DNA of 64,000 nt from Vitrella brassicaformis CCMP3155 (GCA_001179505.1 CDMY01000542.1:248001-312000); one strand, 5' to 3'. Counted from the stretch's first letter, positions 51,797 through 63,865 are shown. Notes: a model not told the origin generated them from the letters alone. Program-made: numbers and translations.

Positions 51797-52655
51797 GGCC
51801 AGCTGGTCGATGGATGGGCAGATGCCTCACCTCACCCAATCAGTCAATCAAGGACTTAACTAACCTGCCTGAACGAATGACACGCAAGCAGTGGGGAGAG
51901 GGGAGCACACCTGCGCATAGCCAACCAACCGGGAGATCCTTCCGTACAAGCCAAGCCAAGTGAGTGCGTAGATCAATCAGGTCAGACACACACCACACCC
52001 GCCCACTGCAGTGCACTGCACTCGAATCGACCCAACGCCGCCTGCAGACCACGGACGTACAGATGCAGCATGAGATGCCACGCGATGAGTGTAGGAAGAT
52101 AGGTAACACAGATAGGCACTACCAGCTGTGCTCTGCACGGCACGGCAGCTCGACACACACCTGTGCTGTGCATCGCTTCATCTGTGGGTGTGCATGTGTG
52201 CATACCTGAGAGGGAGGCTCTCTCAGCAGGAGAGAGCGTATCTAGAGTGCCAATCAGTCTGCCTTGCTGAGGTGCAATCGGCTGAGTGCGTCGAGGCGCA
52301 GCCAACAGCAGTGCGGTGCTGCACCCCCACAAAGATCTGCACCCACCCTTGCCGGCTTAGCTCGCAGACTAGCCGCGAAACTGTTGGACAGACCGACAGG
52401 GGACTTGGCCGTCAGGCCACCTAGGGTGCTCCCTGAAACCGCAGTCGCGAAACTGTTCGCCTTGGCCAGAAGCGAAAGGGAAACTGTCTGAGAACGTTTC
52501 CTAACTGCGTGTTGAAGCGCGTTTGTTCAAGTGAGTTGAAGATGCATGTGTGCAGAGAAAGACAGACACACACACAGGCAGATCTCTCAGGCACCTGTGT
52601 CTGTCTGTGTGGTGATGACATGATTGTGTCAGCAGGTAGGTGAAGATCAGCCATC

Positions 52656-53757
52656 ATGCCATCTGGGCGCAACCGGCACCCGCTCCTGGACACCGCTCTG
52701 CACATCGTCAAGGCAAGCAACAGACAGGACAAGACAATCAATCGACACACACACACTCAGTTGACAGAAGACAAGATCACATCGCAAAACAGCCGGCAAA
52801 GTGCGTGTGTGTGTTTGATGCACACGACTGACATGCGGTGGGATGCATGCATCACTCAATGAATCAATCCATCAGGGCGCACTTGTGGTGGCGCTGCGCA
52901 TCCCGACGGCCAGGTCCACCAAGAGTGTCGACTTCAAGGCAAGCAAGATGTGATCTACTGCTGCACTTTGAGTGTCACTTACAATGCGTGTCGTGTGTCA
53001 CGACGACAGAAGGGCCTTCCATTGCGTGGCGCCATCACCGTTGGGCCCGTGACGAGCGAACCAAACGAAGAGGACAAGTACTGACGAGTATCCATTGGTG
53101 TCTGTGTGTCTGTGTGTGTATATATGTGTGTGTGTGTGTGGCTTTGCAGGCGGCGCATTCAAGAGCTCGTCAACGACAAGGTACCTCTGCGTGTGTGTGG
53201 GCTGAGTGATTGTGCGCCTATGTCTGTCGATGCATTGTCCATTCTCTCTCTGTATGTGTATGTGTGTGTGTGTGTGTAGGTGGCGGCCAATGTGCCCATC
53301 CGTGTCTTCGCCGTGGCTCGGCAGCTCGCCGAGACCACTTACGGCGAGGTGAACCACACACATGGACACACACACACACACACACAGATGTATGGGACGG
53401 ACAGACACTCATTGCGTGTGCGTGCATTGTACCCACCAGGCCATGTACGACGACTTCGGAGTTCCCAAGAGCGTCACCGAGTCAGCACACACACACACAC
53501 ACACAGACCCACCCACACACATACACACATACACACACATACACAGCTATGCCCTCTCTCTCTCTCTTTGTGTGTGTGTGTGTGTGTCAGGCTGCGTCTG
53601 GTGTTCATCGAGAAGTGGAACATCAACGCCAACATTTTCCCGGTGGCGCAATCGACCGGCGCGTGTGGGCGGATTGACATCACCAAGTGGAAACACAACA
53701 GCAACAAAAACAGCGTATGTGTCACATCACAGCAGACAGTGTATCGGTGCATCTGAA

Positions 53758-53791
<34 letters not shown>

Positions 53792-56535
53792 TTTGTGTGT
53801 GTGTGCAGCTTGAGGTGTCCTTCGACCTGACGCCCACCGAGGCATACACTGACGAGCAGAAGTAAGCGCAGATCCATCCATCCACTCGATCTCTGCACGG
53901 TGCCATTCGTGTGTCAATGTGTGCAGCGTGCCGCTCGCGACGGAGGAGGCGCTCGCGAACGACCAGGTTCCTGCGAGAGAGATGGTACACACACACAGCC
54001 ACCCACACAGACACAGACACACACACACACACAGAGGTCTGTCCATCCATGTGTGTGTGTGTGTGTGTGCAGGTGCTTCCCCCTGCTGATGTGGCCGGCA
54101 CACATGGCACTGACGAGGCCACTGGTACACTCACACACACCCAAAGCCACCCACCCACCCACCCACCCACCCACGGTGGCATGCATGTCCTGTGTGCTGT
54201 TTGCCTTGTTTCGCAGAGACCAACGGCAATCCGCAGAACAGCCAGCAGCACCAGCAGCAGCACGACCCAGAGGGCAATCCCACTGGCGGCGGCCAGAGGG
54301 TACTCTCCTTTTACTCACACACAATGACATCCATCCAGACATCCATCCATCCATATCTCTGTGTGTGTGTGTGTGTGTGCGCAGGTGACTCCCTGGGAGG
54401 TGGAGGCCGACGAGGAGACCGGCATCGACTATGACAAACTCATGTAGACACACCCCCATCCCTCAATCCACCCATCCACAACCATATCGCTTTCTCTCTC
54501 TCTGTCTGTGTCTGTGTCTGTCCGTCTGTCTGTCTGTGCAGCATTCAGTTCGGCTGCTCCAAGATCACCGAAGACCACATCTCACGGCACGCACACACGA
54601 CACCCACACAGAGCACACCCAGAACACACCCATGTGTGCACATATGTGTGTGCAGGATAGAGCGGCTCACCAAGCAGAGGGCGCACCGGTTCCTGCGGCG
54701 AGGGCTGTTCTTCTCCCACCGTGACTTGGACATGCTGCTCAATGCATACGAGCAGGGGGAGCCCTTCTACTTATACACAGGTGCCCACACACACACAGGA
54801 TGAGATGGAGAGAGAGAGAGATGGAGAGAGAGAGATTGATGGGTCTGTCTGCAGGGAGGGGACCGTCGAGCGAGGCGCTGCACCTGGGCCATCTGGTGCC
54901 CTTCTGGTTCACAAAGTGGCTGCAGGTACCTCCCCACCCCTGGACACACACAGACAGACAGACAGACACACAGACAGCAGATGCTCATATGGTGTGTGGA
55001 TGCCTGCCTCTGTATACGTCTGTGTGGGTGCAGGACGCCTTCAACGTGCCTCTGGTGATCCAGCTGACCGACGATGAGAAGTTCCTGTTCAAGGAAAACC
55101 TCACCGTAGAGGTCAGCAAGCCCCCCCTCCCTCCCCCCACTCCACACACACGCACTCTCAGACATTTGGATGGGGTGTGTGTGTGTGTGTGTGTAGGAGT
55201 GCAAGCGCCTTGCGTACGAGAACGCCAAGGACATTTTGGCGATCGGTTTTGACAAGGACAAGACCTTCATCTTCTCTGATCTGGACTATATCCAGGTACA
55301 CACACACACGCACACACAGAGAGAGAGAGAGAGAGATCCCCCTACCCCTTTCCATCCATCCATCCATCCATCCATGTGTGTGTGTGTGTGTGCAGACAAT
55401 GTACCCCCTGGTGCTGCAGATTCAGAAGAAGGTCACCTACAATCAGTCGCGTGGCATCTTCGGCTTCACCGAAAGCGACAACATCGGCAAGAGCGCATTC
55501 CCCGCTGTACAGGTGAGCTACTCAGCCACATCTGTGCACCTCTACACACCGCATGTGTGTGTGTGTGAAGGCTGCTCCCGCATTTCCTGCCTGCTTCCCA
55601 GCGATGTTTGGCAATCGAAAAGACATCATGTGCCTCATCCCACAGGTCAGTCAGCGCACTCCCACACGGCCCCAGAAATGTGTGTGTGGAAATGTGTGTG
55701 TGCGTGTGTGTAGGCGATAGATCAGGACCCCTACTTCAGGATGACGCGCGACGTGGCCCCTCGGCTGGGCTTCAACAAGCCCGCCCTCATTCACAGCCGA
55801 TTCGTCCCCGCACTCCAGGGCAACCAGACCAAGATGGCCGGCTCGCAGGCACACACCATGCACACACCCAACCACACCACACACATGGATGCCTCTGTAT
55901 GTGTGTATGTCTCTGTGGCCGGCGTGTGTCGTGCAGGTGGCGAGTTCCATCTTCGTGACGGACACGCCGAAGGAGATCAAGACCAAGATCAACAAATACG
56001 CCTTCTCGGGCGGCAGGGCGACCGTTGAGGAGCACAGAGAACTCGGTGCGCAAACACCCCCAACACCCGCGCACACACACATGGATGAATGGATGGATGG
56101 ACCCGTGTGTGTGGTGTAGGTGCCGATCTGTCGGTGGATGTCTCGTACCAGTATCTGACCTATCTGATGGAGGACGACCAGGAGCTCAAGAGAATCGGCG
56201 ACGACTACGCCGCGGGGCGGCTGCTGACGGTATGAGTGTGTTGCTCGACGCAACACACACATCCCCACGAGCATCTGTCTCTGTCTCTCTGTCTGCCTAC
56301 GTGTGTGTGTCGGCAGGGTGAGGTCAAGCAGAAGCTGGTGGACGTGCTGCAGCCCATCATCAAGGCTCATCAGGTGCGCACACACGCAGAGAGAGAAATA
56401 CACATCAACCGACCTATCCACCCACCGGCCGGCGTGTGTGTGTGATGTGTGTAGGACGCGCGTGCGAAGATCACTGACGAGGACGTCCGGTCCTTCATGG
56501 ACCCCACTCGCTTCGAGGGCAAGAAGCTCATCTAG
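52656..56535 (+). CDS. WARS: Cytosolic-type tryptophanyl-tRNA synthetase with N-terminal AlaX-S-like editing domain
   Basis: AlaX part: DTALHIVK|[27 protein letters not shown]|[27 protein letters not shown]. TrpRS part: [77 protein letters not shown]. The apparent stop at 53862-53864 lies in the GTAAG donor. Confidence 0.95.
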
Positions 56536-56999
56536 AGCTGATGAAGTGGTGTGCGTGCCTTCTTTCTTTCCATGATGCGCCCGCCCCATGTGTGTGCCAG
56601 AGTGGCGATCATTGCATGCCCTGCTGTGCAGACAGACAGACAGACACACACACAGACATTTGAGAGATCGATGTGTATGTGGTGTCTTGAGAATTAAGCA
56701 CTTTCTTCTGTTTTTAGAAACACAAAACCTCTGCATCGCAACGAGACGGACCAAGACAGACGTGTCAAATGGCTGTCGACAGTGGCTTATGAGTTATGAA
56801 TGTGGTGTTCCTTTCGAACGCAATGAGAAATATCCGCCCACAATCTGTCAGAGCGGACAAAGAAGGGGGACGGCTGTGGGGGGAAGATGCGTTAGTCTGT
56901 CGGTCTCTCATGAAATGAACTACTGTGTCAACATCGACCAACTCTCAATCACACGACAAACATGCCAGCACCGTCCTCAGCGCCCGCCTGGCGTATAGT

Positions 57000-57884
57000 C
57001 TTCTGCCAGTGGAGCCGCCCACCACGCACACACGTACTCCCACACAGAGACAACCGAGAACGGACCCACCCCATGCACATACGACTTGTCTGCCCATGCA
57101 GCCTGATGGTGGCCGCACCTTCTCAACCAGGCGGCTGAAAGAACCACTGGCCTCTCTGCCCCACACACCGTCCACCGTGGCACACAAAGGGGTGAAGTGG
57201 ATGGACTTGTCCTCGCACACACGGCTGTGGTCAGATGGTGAGGTAGGAAGACGCGTCAGCATTTGTCACGCAGAGGTCAAACGACATGTCCTTCTGCCGC
57301 TCCGTCCGCACCCCCTTCTCCTCCTCGAGCTCAGCGATCACCGCCTCCTTGACCGCCTCCTTTCCGACCGCCGACTCGCCGTCGTCGGTCAGTCGGTCCA
57401 GTTCCCTCCCTACTCGGAGGTCGCCTCCTGTGCTATGCCATCGACTTGCGCAGCGACGTCCTGATGCCTGACCAATCGCGCACACAAACACACCGGCAGA
57501 CGCACGCCCTCACCAGACGAGATGAGCACGGAAGCTGCAGCTGCAGCTGATCTTCTTCATCCTTGCGCACCTGGGAGGGAGATCACCGTGCTTGCGCGCA
57601 ACGTCCTCGAACACACGGAGGAAGGCGTCCTTGTCGTTCACCGTGAAGTCGTCGGTGACGTACTTCTCGAGGGCACGATACTCCTTCCGCGTGAACTTGT
57701 GCAGGTCGTAGTGAGCCAGAATTTCCTTCTTGTCATCGTCGGCGTCCTCCTGCTGGTCACCGAGGACAGCGGCCACGATGTGGAATCGCTTCTCGCTACA
57801 GCACCAGTGCCGAGTCGGGCAGAGGCCGACGTGGGTTAGCGCAATCCTCAAATACTCAATCGGTGGCATGGAGCCGACGTCCAT
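57000..57884 (-). CDS. Hypothetical protein; 3' structure uncertain
   Basis: First exon MDVGSMPPIEYLRIALTHVGLC..HYDLHKFTRKEYRALEKYVTDDF..FLRVFEDVARKHGDLPP has coding-like codon use; downstream exons are ambiguous. Confidence 0.5.
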
Positions 57885-58004
57885 TTCTACACCTTTCAGG
57901 GAGGATGTCGTTTAACCTTGACGCTGATGAATGCGATCGCGCTCGGACAAAGCTCGCACCTTCCCCCCCTTCGAAGAAAAGCGCCGCGATATCTGTGTCC
58001 ATCA

Positions 58005-58770
58005 ATGGGTGCGTGCTGCGGGAAGCCGCCTCCCCCACCCAAAAAAGACGAAGAACCCCAGGACAACAAAGGCCAAGAGGATGGCACATGGGCGTCTCCC
58101 CCACCAGCCGCCAGCGCCACGAAGCCCCCCACGGCCAAGGTACAGGCGATGGACGAGCATGCCGGTGACGAGGGCATGATTGCTCCCGGCGATAATGAGA
58201 TGGAGAAAGAGGGAGCGGGAGAGGGAGAGGGAGACGGGGGAGAGTCACGAGCCGCTGACGAGACCGGGGAAGAAGCTGGGGAAGAGACTGGGGATGCCGC
58301 TGCTGTCGCTGTGAATGTGAGTAGGCATGCATCCACACGAGGCAAGCAGAAAGACCCACGTGTGGGGATGGGATGTGTGCATGTGTGGCAGGGCGAGCCG
58401 GAGACCCATGCTGACGGGGAGGGGGAGGGCGGAGAAGAGACGCACAAGGAAGACCACCACGATGATGCGACAAAGGAACAGCCAGACCAACACGAGCAAC
58501 ACGAGCACGGAGAAGAGCAGGTCCGCATTCATGAGCCAACCATCCAATCGATGATTCTCCACGCCTTGTCTGCAGGCGGTTGTGCAGCATCAGGCGAAGG
58601 GCATGAGTTTGTCTCGCCGCATCATCTTCGGCATCAGTCAGCGGCTGAGTCGCCGCAAGCAGCCGAGGCAGTGCCGCCGGTGCGACGCCTGCAGGGAGGA
58701 GAAACCCAAGTCGTCCCGACGCATTATCTGGCCCGGCAAGTGGCGGGGCAAACAGAGGGGGGCGCAATAA
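58005..58770 (+). CDS. Predicted N-myristoylated/palmitoylated acidic low-complexity protein
   Basis: ATG at 58005 gives MGACCGKPPPPPKK, followed by E/G-rich exons and a basic last exon with CRRCDAC. Confidence 0.6.
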
Positions 58771-59261
58771 AAAAATGGATATGGGCGTGAAGCGAATGGT
58801 TGAGAGGGGCGGGCGCATGGTGAGCTGTGGTGACGGAGACGGACACACACACACAGAGAGAGAGAGAGAGGGAGAGAGAGGGAGAGAGAGAGACGAGATG
58901 GGGAATGGAAAGACATGGATGTGGGTGTCTGTCCGGTGTGACATCTGTACATTCATCCAGACTGAGCCGTCGACGGTCCACTGCTCAATAATCGAAAGGA
59001 TGGTTCACATACACATCACACAGGCAGCCGACCAGCAATCCATCGCACACAGACAGACAGACAGACGTCATCGATAGACAAAGGCATTCCACCCACCCAC
59101 CCCTTCATCCACTCATCCATCCCGTCAAGCCCAATGGCATTCCACCCATTCCTGCCTGCAACCCTGGCTATAAGTGGCACCCTCCCCCCATCCACACACA
59201 CGCCCCATACAAACCCCCATCCATCCATCCATCCATCAGTAGGTAGGTTGCTATCTGTACA

Positions 59262-60925
59262 CTATGTACCGCCTCTCTGTCCGCCACGACCGCCACGACC
59301 ACCACGCCCACGCCCACGCCATGGGACGATGCGCCGCTGCGGCCAATAGGGATTGCCGCCAGCAAGACCACCCAAGAACGGGTCAGCACCGCCAGCAGCA
59401 GCAGCAGCAGCAGCATACGGGTTAGCGCCTCCAAAATTCGGCACGTTCATCTGTGGACCCATGTTCATCTCCGCACCCTTCCTGCACAAACCAACGAGAA
59501 AGAGAGAGAGCAAAGGGATGATGGATGCTATCTGTCTCTGGGTGGGTGGGTGTGCGATAAGTTGCGTACCCGCCTCGGCGGAACATGAAGTGCTTGCCGC
59601 ATCTGCAGGCGATGTGGTCGCAGCCACCGTTCTTCTCCACCACAGCCCCGCACTCAGGACACACACACGACCCAGCACGCTGCACGACCGAGCCATTGAC
59701 ACACACCAGAACGCACATCGATTTGGGCGCCGATTGATGCGTCGGAGCACTCACCTTTTGGTACTTCTTGAATGCCTCCTCGTTTTGCTTGAAGTGCGGG
59801 TCTTGGGTGGACTTGGCCTCCTCACAGGTCTTGCCGTCGTGCACCTTGCTCCCACACAGCAGACACCTGCACGACGCACACGCACACACACAAATGCCAT
59901 CCACCCATCTTTGTATGTGCGTCATTGGGTGTCTGTGGGTGTGGCATTCACGCGTACAGCTTGCTGCATTTGGGACAAGGGAACCCCGTGCGCAACGCGC
60001 TAGTGTCGTTGCCGACCAACGCACGATAGCCACAGTCAGGCCAACCTGACCCCAACACACACACACACACACACACATCAGGTCCATCCATCCATCCACC
60101 CGAACACGCACCATCCACTTCTTTCTTTCTGTCTGTCGTACCACAGACTTTGGTGCCCTGCATCTTCTCGATCATGTATGCGTCGTACTTCTCCATGTCC
60201 TCCTCGTCTATGAGCATCTGCAGGTCCGCTGCACCCAGCTGCGTGCGGCACTGCTTCTCACCCCCCTCTGCCGACCGTACCAGTGCTGGACAGTAGAAGG
60301 GCACCTGATCGCATCGCAGCGCATCAGCACAGAAACAGAGATAGATGGCTGACGTGTGTGTGTGTCTGTGTGTCTGTGTGTGGTCTATGGTGTGTACCTG
60401 CCGCTCGCTGAGCTGATGCTTGACGTAGTCGCTAAGACACTCGAAGTGGTGCATGCACTCACAGTTCAGCAGACGCAGGCACCTGCATCACCATGACACA
60501 CCATACACACCACACACCACCACATGCCGAGCGTGTCAGTGTGCTTGCGGCTCCTTCTCAGTGTCGAAGGCTTCCAGGCAGACGAAGCACTTCTTGTCCG
60601 CAACGGGCCCAGCTGCCGCTGCCGCTGAAGCGAGCGTGTGTCCGGTGATGAGCACCTCGTCATCGTCATCGTCATCATCAATGACTATCTCGCCTCCTGC
60701 CGCTGATGCTGATGCTGCAGCACTGGCACCCTGCTCTTTCTTGAGGGCCTTGCGTGGCTTGTGCACCCCTCGCTGCAGCTGCTTCTCGGGAACGGCCGCT
60801 GCAAAGGCAGACTCTGAGGCAGAGGGAGCGCCAGCAGAAGCAGACTCGTGGTTCTGCTTTCGTTTCTGGTAGTCATCCTGCCGCTTGCGGCGATACTCCA
60901 TCAGCTGCGGATCCAGCCCAGCCAT
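59262..60925 (-). CDS. RBR (RING-IBR-RING) E3 ubiquitin ligase with Gly/Arg-rich tail
   Basis: RING1 CFVCLE..LNCECMHHFECLSDY..CP; IBR PDCGY..FPCPKC..CLLCGSKVHDGKTCEE; RING2 CPECGAVVEKNGGCDHIACRCGKHF, including the catalytic Cys in GGCDH. Confidence 0.92.
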
Positions 60926-61040
60926 TTTGCGATGAAAAACAGGCAAATCAACGACCAAACGGCGCGAGCTTCAAAAGATGGGTTTCGTGAGCTTTGTGAC
61001 CCCAACAATCAACTTTTGCAATACAGGGTAAAAGGGACAA

Positions 61041-61588
61041 ATGTCGAAGGCGCCTGATGCCCCTGCAGTGCCTGGCGAGGGCGAAAAGGAAGACGACACA
61101 TTCGAGGACGAAGATGAGTTCGAGGAGTTTGAAGATCAAGGTCAGTCAACACGAAGCGCGGACAGGAGAGGCACACGCAGTCAACAGGCAGGCAGGCAGG
61201 CAGGCACCGGAGAATCTGATGCGTCCAAAACACGGCCGACACAGTTTGTGGATTCGTGTGTGTTTTGTGTGTGATTCGTCCAGAGTGGGACGACAAGGAC
61301 GACAATGGAGGCGACGACGCACAGTGGGAGTCCGGCTGGGCCGAACAGGGTGAGTCAGCGACGCATACATACACACAGACAGGCAGACAGGCAGACAGAT
61401 ACAGGAGGCAGGCGATGCTGCTCACTCACCCATGGGATCTCTCTCTCTCTCTCTGTGTGTGTGTTTGATGGCCAGGCTGGGACGATGAAGATCTCAACGA
61501 CGAGTTCACGAAGCGTCTGAAAGAGGAGCTCGAGAAATACGCCAGACAACACACACAGCCCCAGCAACAGCAACAACAGCAACAGTGA
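61041..61588 (+). CDS. SEM1: DSS1/SEM1 family 26S proteasome subunit
   Basis: FEDEDEFEEFEDQ|EWDDKD..QWE..|GWDDEDLNDEFTKRLKEELEK. Confidence 0.92.
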
Positions 61589-62323
61589 TCCCTGACCCCC
61601 TTCAACCGGTGTGTTGTGTTGTTCGTCTGATTTCAGCTGATATGTCTGATGTGACTCTGGCTGCGTGTCTGGTGTGTTCTCGTCGGCTCGTCATCTGATT
61701 GTGCATGTATCTCGAGTATGTGTCGTGATGCATGCCTGCTCGAGAAAGATGCACGGTCGACGGATGGGTGAAGCCAACAAGGGCAGCCAGATACGAACAT
61801 GCTGGAAGTGACTGACTGATGCCTGGGTGCATGTCTGTCTGCATACATTTGAGAGGCTCTTTCGCAGTGGCGGCGTTCTTGGTTTTGTTCGTTCTGCCCG
61901 TGCGGTGAAGCCATTGGTGGCTGGGGAGCCAACTCCCGGCCACCAGAGGCTACAGGCAGCGGCACGACGAACAGACAAAAGGATGCTGCGGTGTGTGGCT
62001 GGCAGAGCGGACAGATTTGACGTGACGCAGGGCATGCTCCATCTCAGTCAAACCATCTGACATCTACGGATGGAGTCGTCACGGATGCAGCACAGTGCCA
62101 CAGATCAGCACACGTGAGAACCTGTGACAAGGTCTTACCTCAGATCTTGGCAAAATCGCATTCTGGCAGTTCATTCAGCATTCGTGAGGCTATCTGCGGC
62201 ACTACCAGCGCTGTCAGCACTGCAGAGCACGAAAAACGCCCCGCGACGGTACATGCATGCATCACGCGAACCCCCACTTCCCCCCCGTCTTCCGCCGCGT
62301 CTTCCAGTGCGGCGCGTCTTCAA

Positions 62324-63865
62324 ATGTTCTCGTTGCTTTGGCTCCCTCTTGCCGCGGCTCTTGTTGCCGCGTGTGAGACAAAGGCCCTCCCCCTCCCCCT
62401 GACCCTCGCCACACACAATGCCTCCATCGGCAGTCTCTCTGTCAGTGCAGACACAACCGCCTCCGGATCCCTGCGTCAGGTGGATGTGTGCGGCAACCTG
62501 GTGGAGAGCCCGATGCTCGTCGCAGCCTTCAAAATCGCCGCACGCCATGGTGTGGACGTCGCTCCCGTCGCGGATCCCATTCTCGTGAGTGCCGGTGAAA
62601 GACAGACACACACGCACGGCGCCCATAGAGGCCGGCCGGTCTCTCTCTCTCTCTCTTTCTGTTCGTGTGTGTGTGTTTTTTTGAAGGCCTTTCGTTATTT
62701 CAGCAAGGAGCAGATGGATGTGGTCGAAGAACAAGTGAACACATACCTGACGGCGGCAAAAGAAGGCCTCTTCACCGACAAAGAGAGGGCAAAAGCATAT
62801 TTGTGGGCAGAGAGGATCCGCTCTGCAATGGACGAAATACAGCGGCTGGCCAACCCCGAGAAGAAGGAGATTTGTTTGCGTGATTGGCACCGTTCTGATG
62901 AGACAGCCTGTCCCCCAGCCATGCCGCAGCTGTGCGCTTTCGGGTATGAGTGCGCCAGCAGCGCTATCCAGTGCGCAAAATACCAATTCATATCTGGGGT
63001 AACAAATGGCGCGAGTAGACAGACGGACACACCGCACATGTGTCTCATTTCTGTGTCAGCTTGAGACGATCGGCGCGCCTCTGTACCTTCTGGGGTGGCT
63101 GACGGCCAACCCCACCTTTGTCGGCGCTTCCCGCGTGGCCGGGACCGGCTCCTTTTTCCTGAAGCACAAGGCTCTTTTCTTCGAGTATGCCTCAATCAGC
63201 CAGCAGGTGCAGGACGACCTCGAGGTGAAGGGAAAGCTCGACAAAGAGACGGCCACAAAGGTGGCCTCGCTGGCGTGGCTGGGCTGGTTCGTCAAGCAGG
63301 GCATGAACGTGTATCAGAACCTTCTCTGGATACGCGGCAACGTACCGGGGTAAGCGCACCAATCAAGAAGGATGGATCCACAGCCACCGGTGACGTTTTT
63401 GGTCTCAGGAACCCAGTCATGGGCATGACGATGTACGATTGGTACAGCAGGTGGGGCGGCTACGTGTGGAGGTACCTCTCTGGCGGGCTCGAGCGGGCCT
63501 GCACCCTGCTGAAGGAACACTTGCTCTCCCACTTCCTCACCGCCACCTTTGACGAGCAGCAAGACAACACCCAAGAGCAGCAGGAGAGAGACGGAGAGGG
63601 AGAGGGAGAGGAAGAACCGGAGACAGACAAAGAGACGGAGGAAGAGAGAAAAAGAAGGGGATCGTTTTGGGCCAAACTCTTCAGTCGAAAAGAGTGCGAC
63701 TACACTGGCAGGCCAGAGACTCCGCTTGACGAGGCGTGTGAGCTGACCGGGCTGGTGCAGGCGAAGCAAGACATCATACGCGTCGAGAAGCGCGTGCAGG
63801 AGAGGAAGGAGAAAAGGCGACGCAAGAAAAGGGGAAGGAGAGGGAAGAAGAGGGACGGGCGATGA
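62324..63865 (+). CDS. Hypothetical secreted/membrane protein with a Cys-rich motif and basic C-terminus
   Basis: Signal peptide MFSLLWLPLAAALVAA; CPPAMPQLCAFGYECASSAIQC; three to four exons; ends KEKRRRKKRGRRGKKRDGR*. Confidence 0.7.

Noticed and set aside
53862-53864. Stand-alone AlaX-S gene ending at TAA
   Set aside because: The TAA lies within a canonical GTAAG donor, and phase-compatible exons continue into TrpRS.
8388-56500. Many ORF-track entries rich in CVCVCV, THTHTH or RERERE
   Set aside because: They are translations of intronic (GT)n, (CA)n and (GA)n microsatellites, not real coding sequence.
58005-58770. GAP45 orthologue
   Set aside because: Only generic features are shared (acylation motif, acidic middle); the conserved GAP45 C-terminal sequence is not recognisable.
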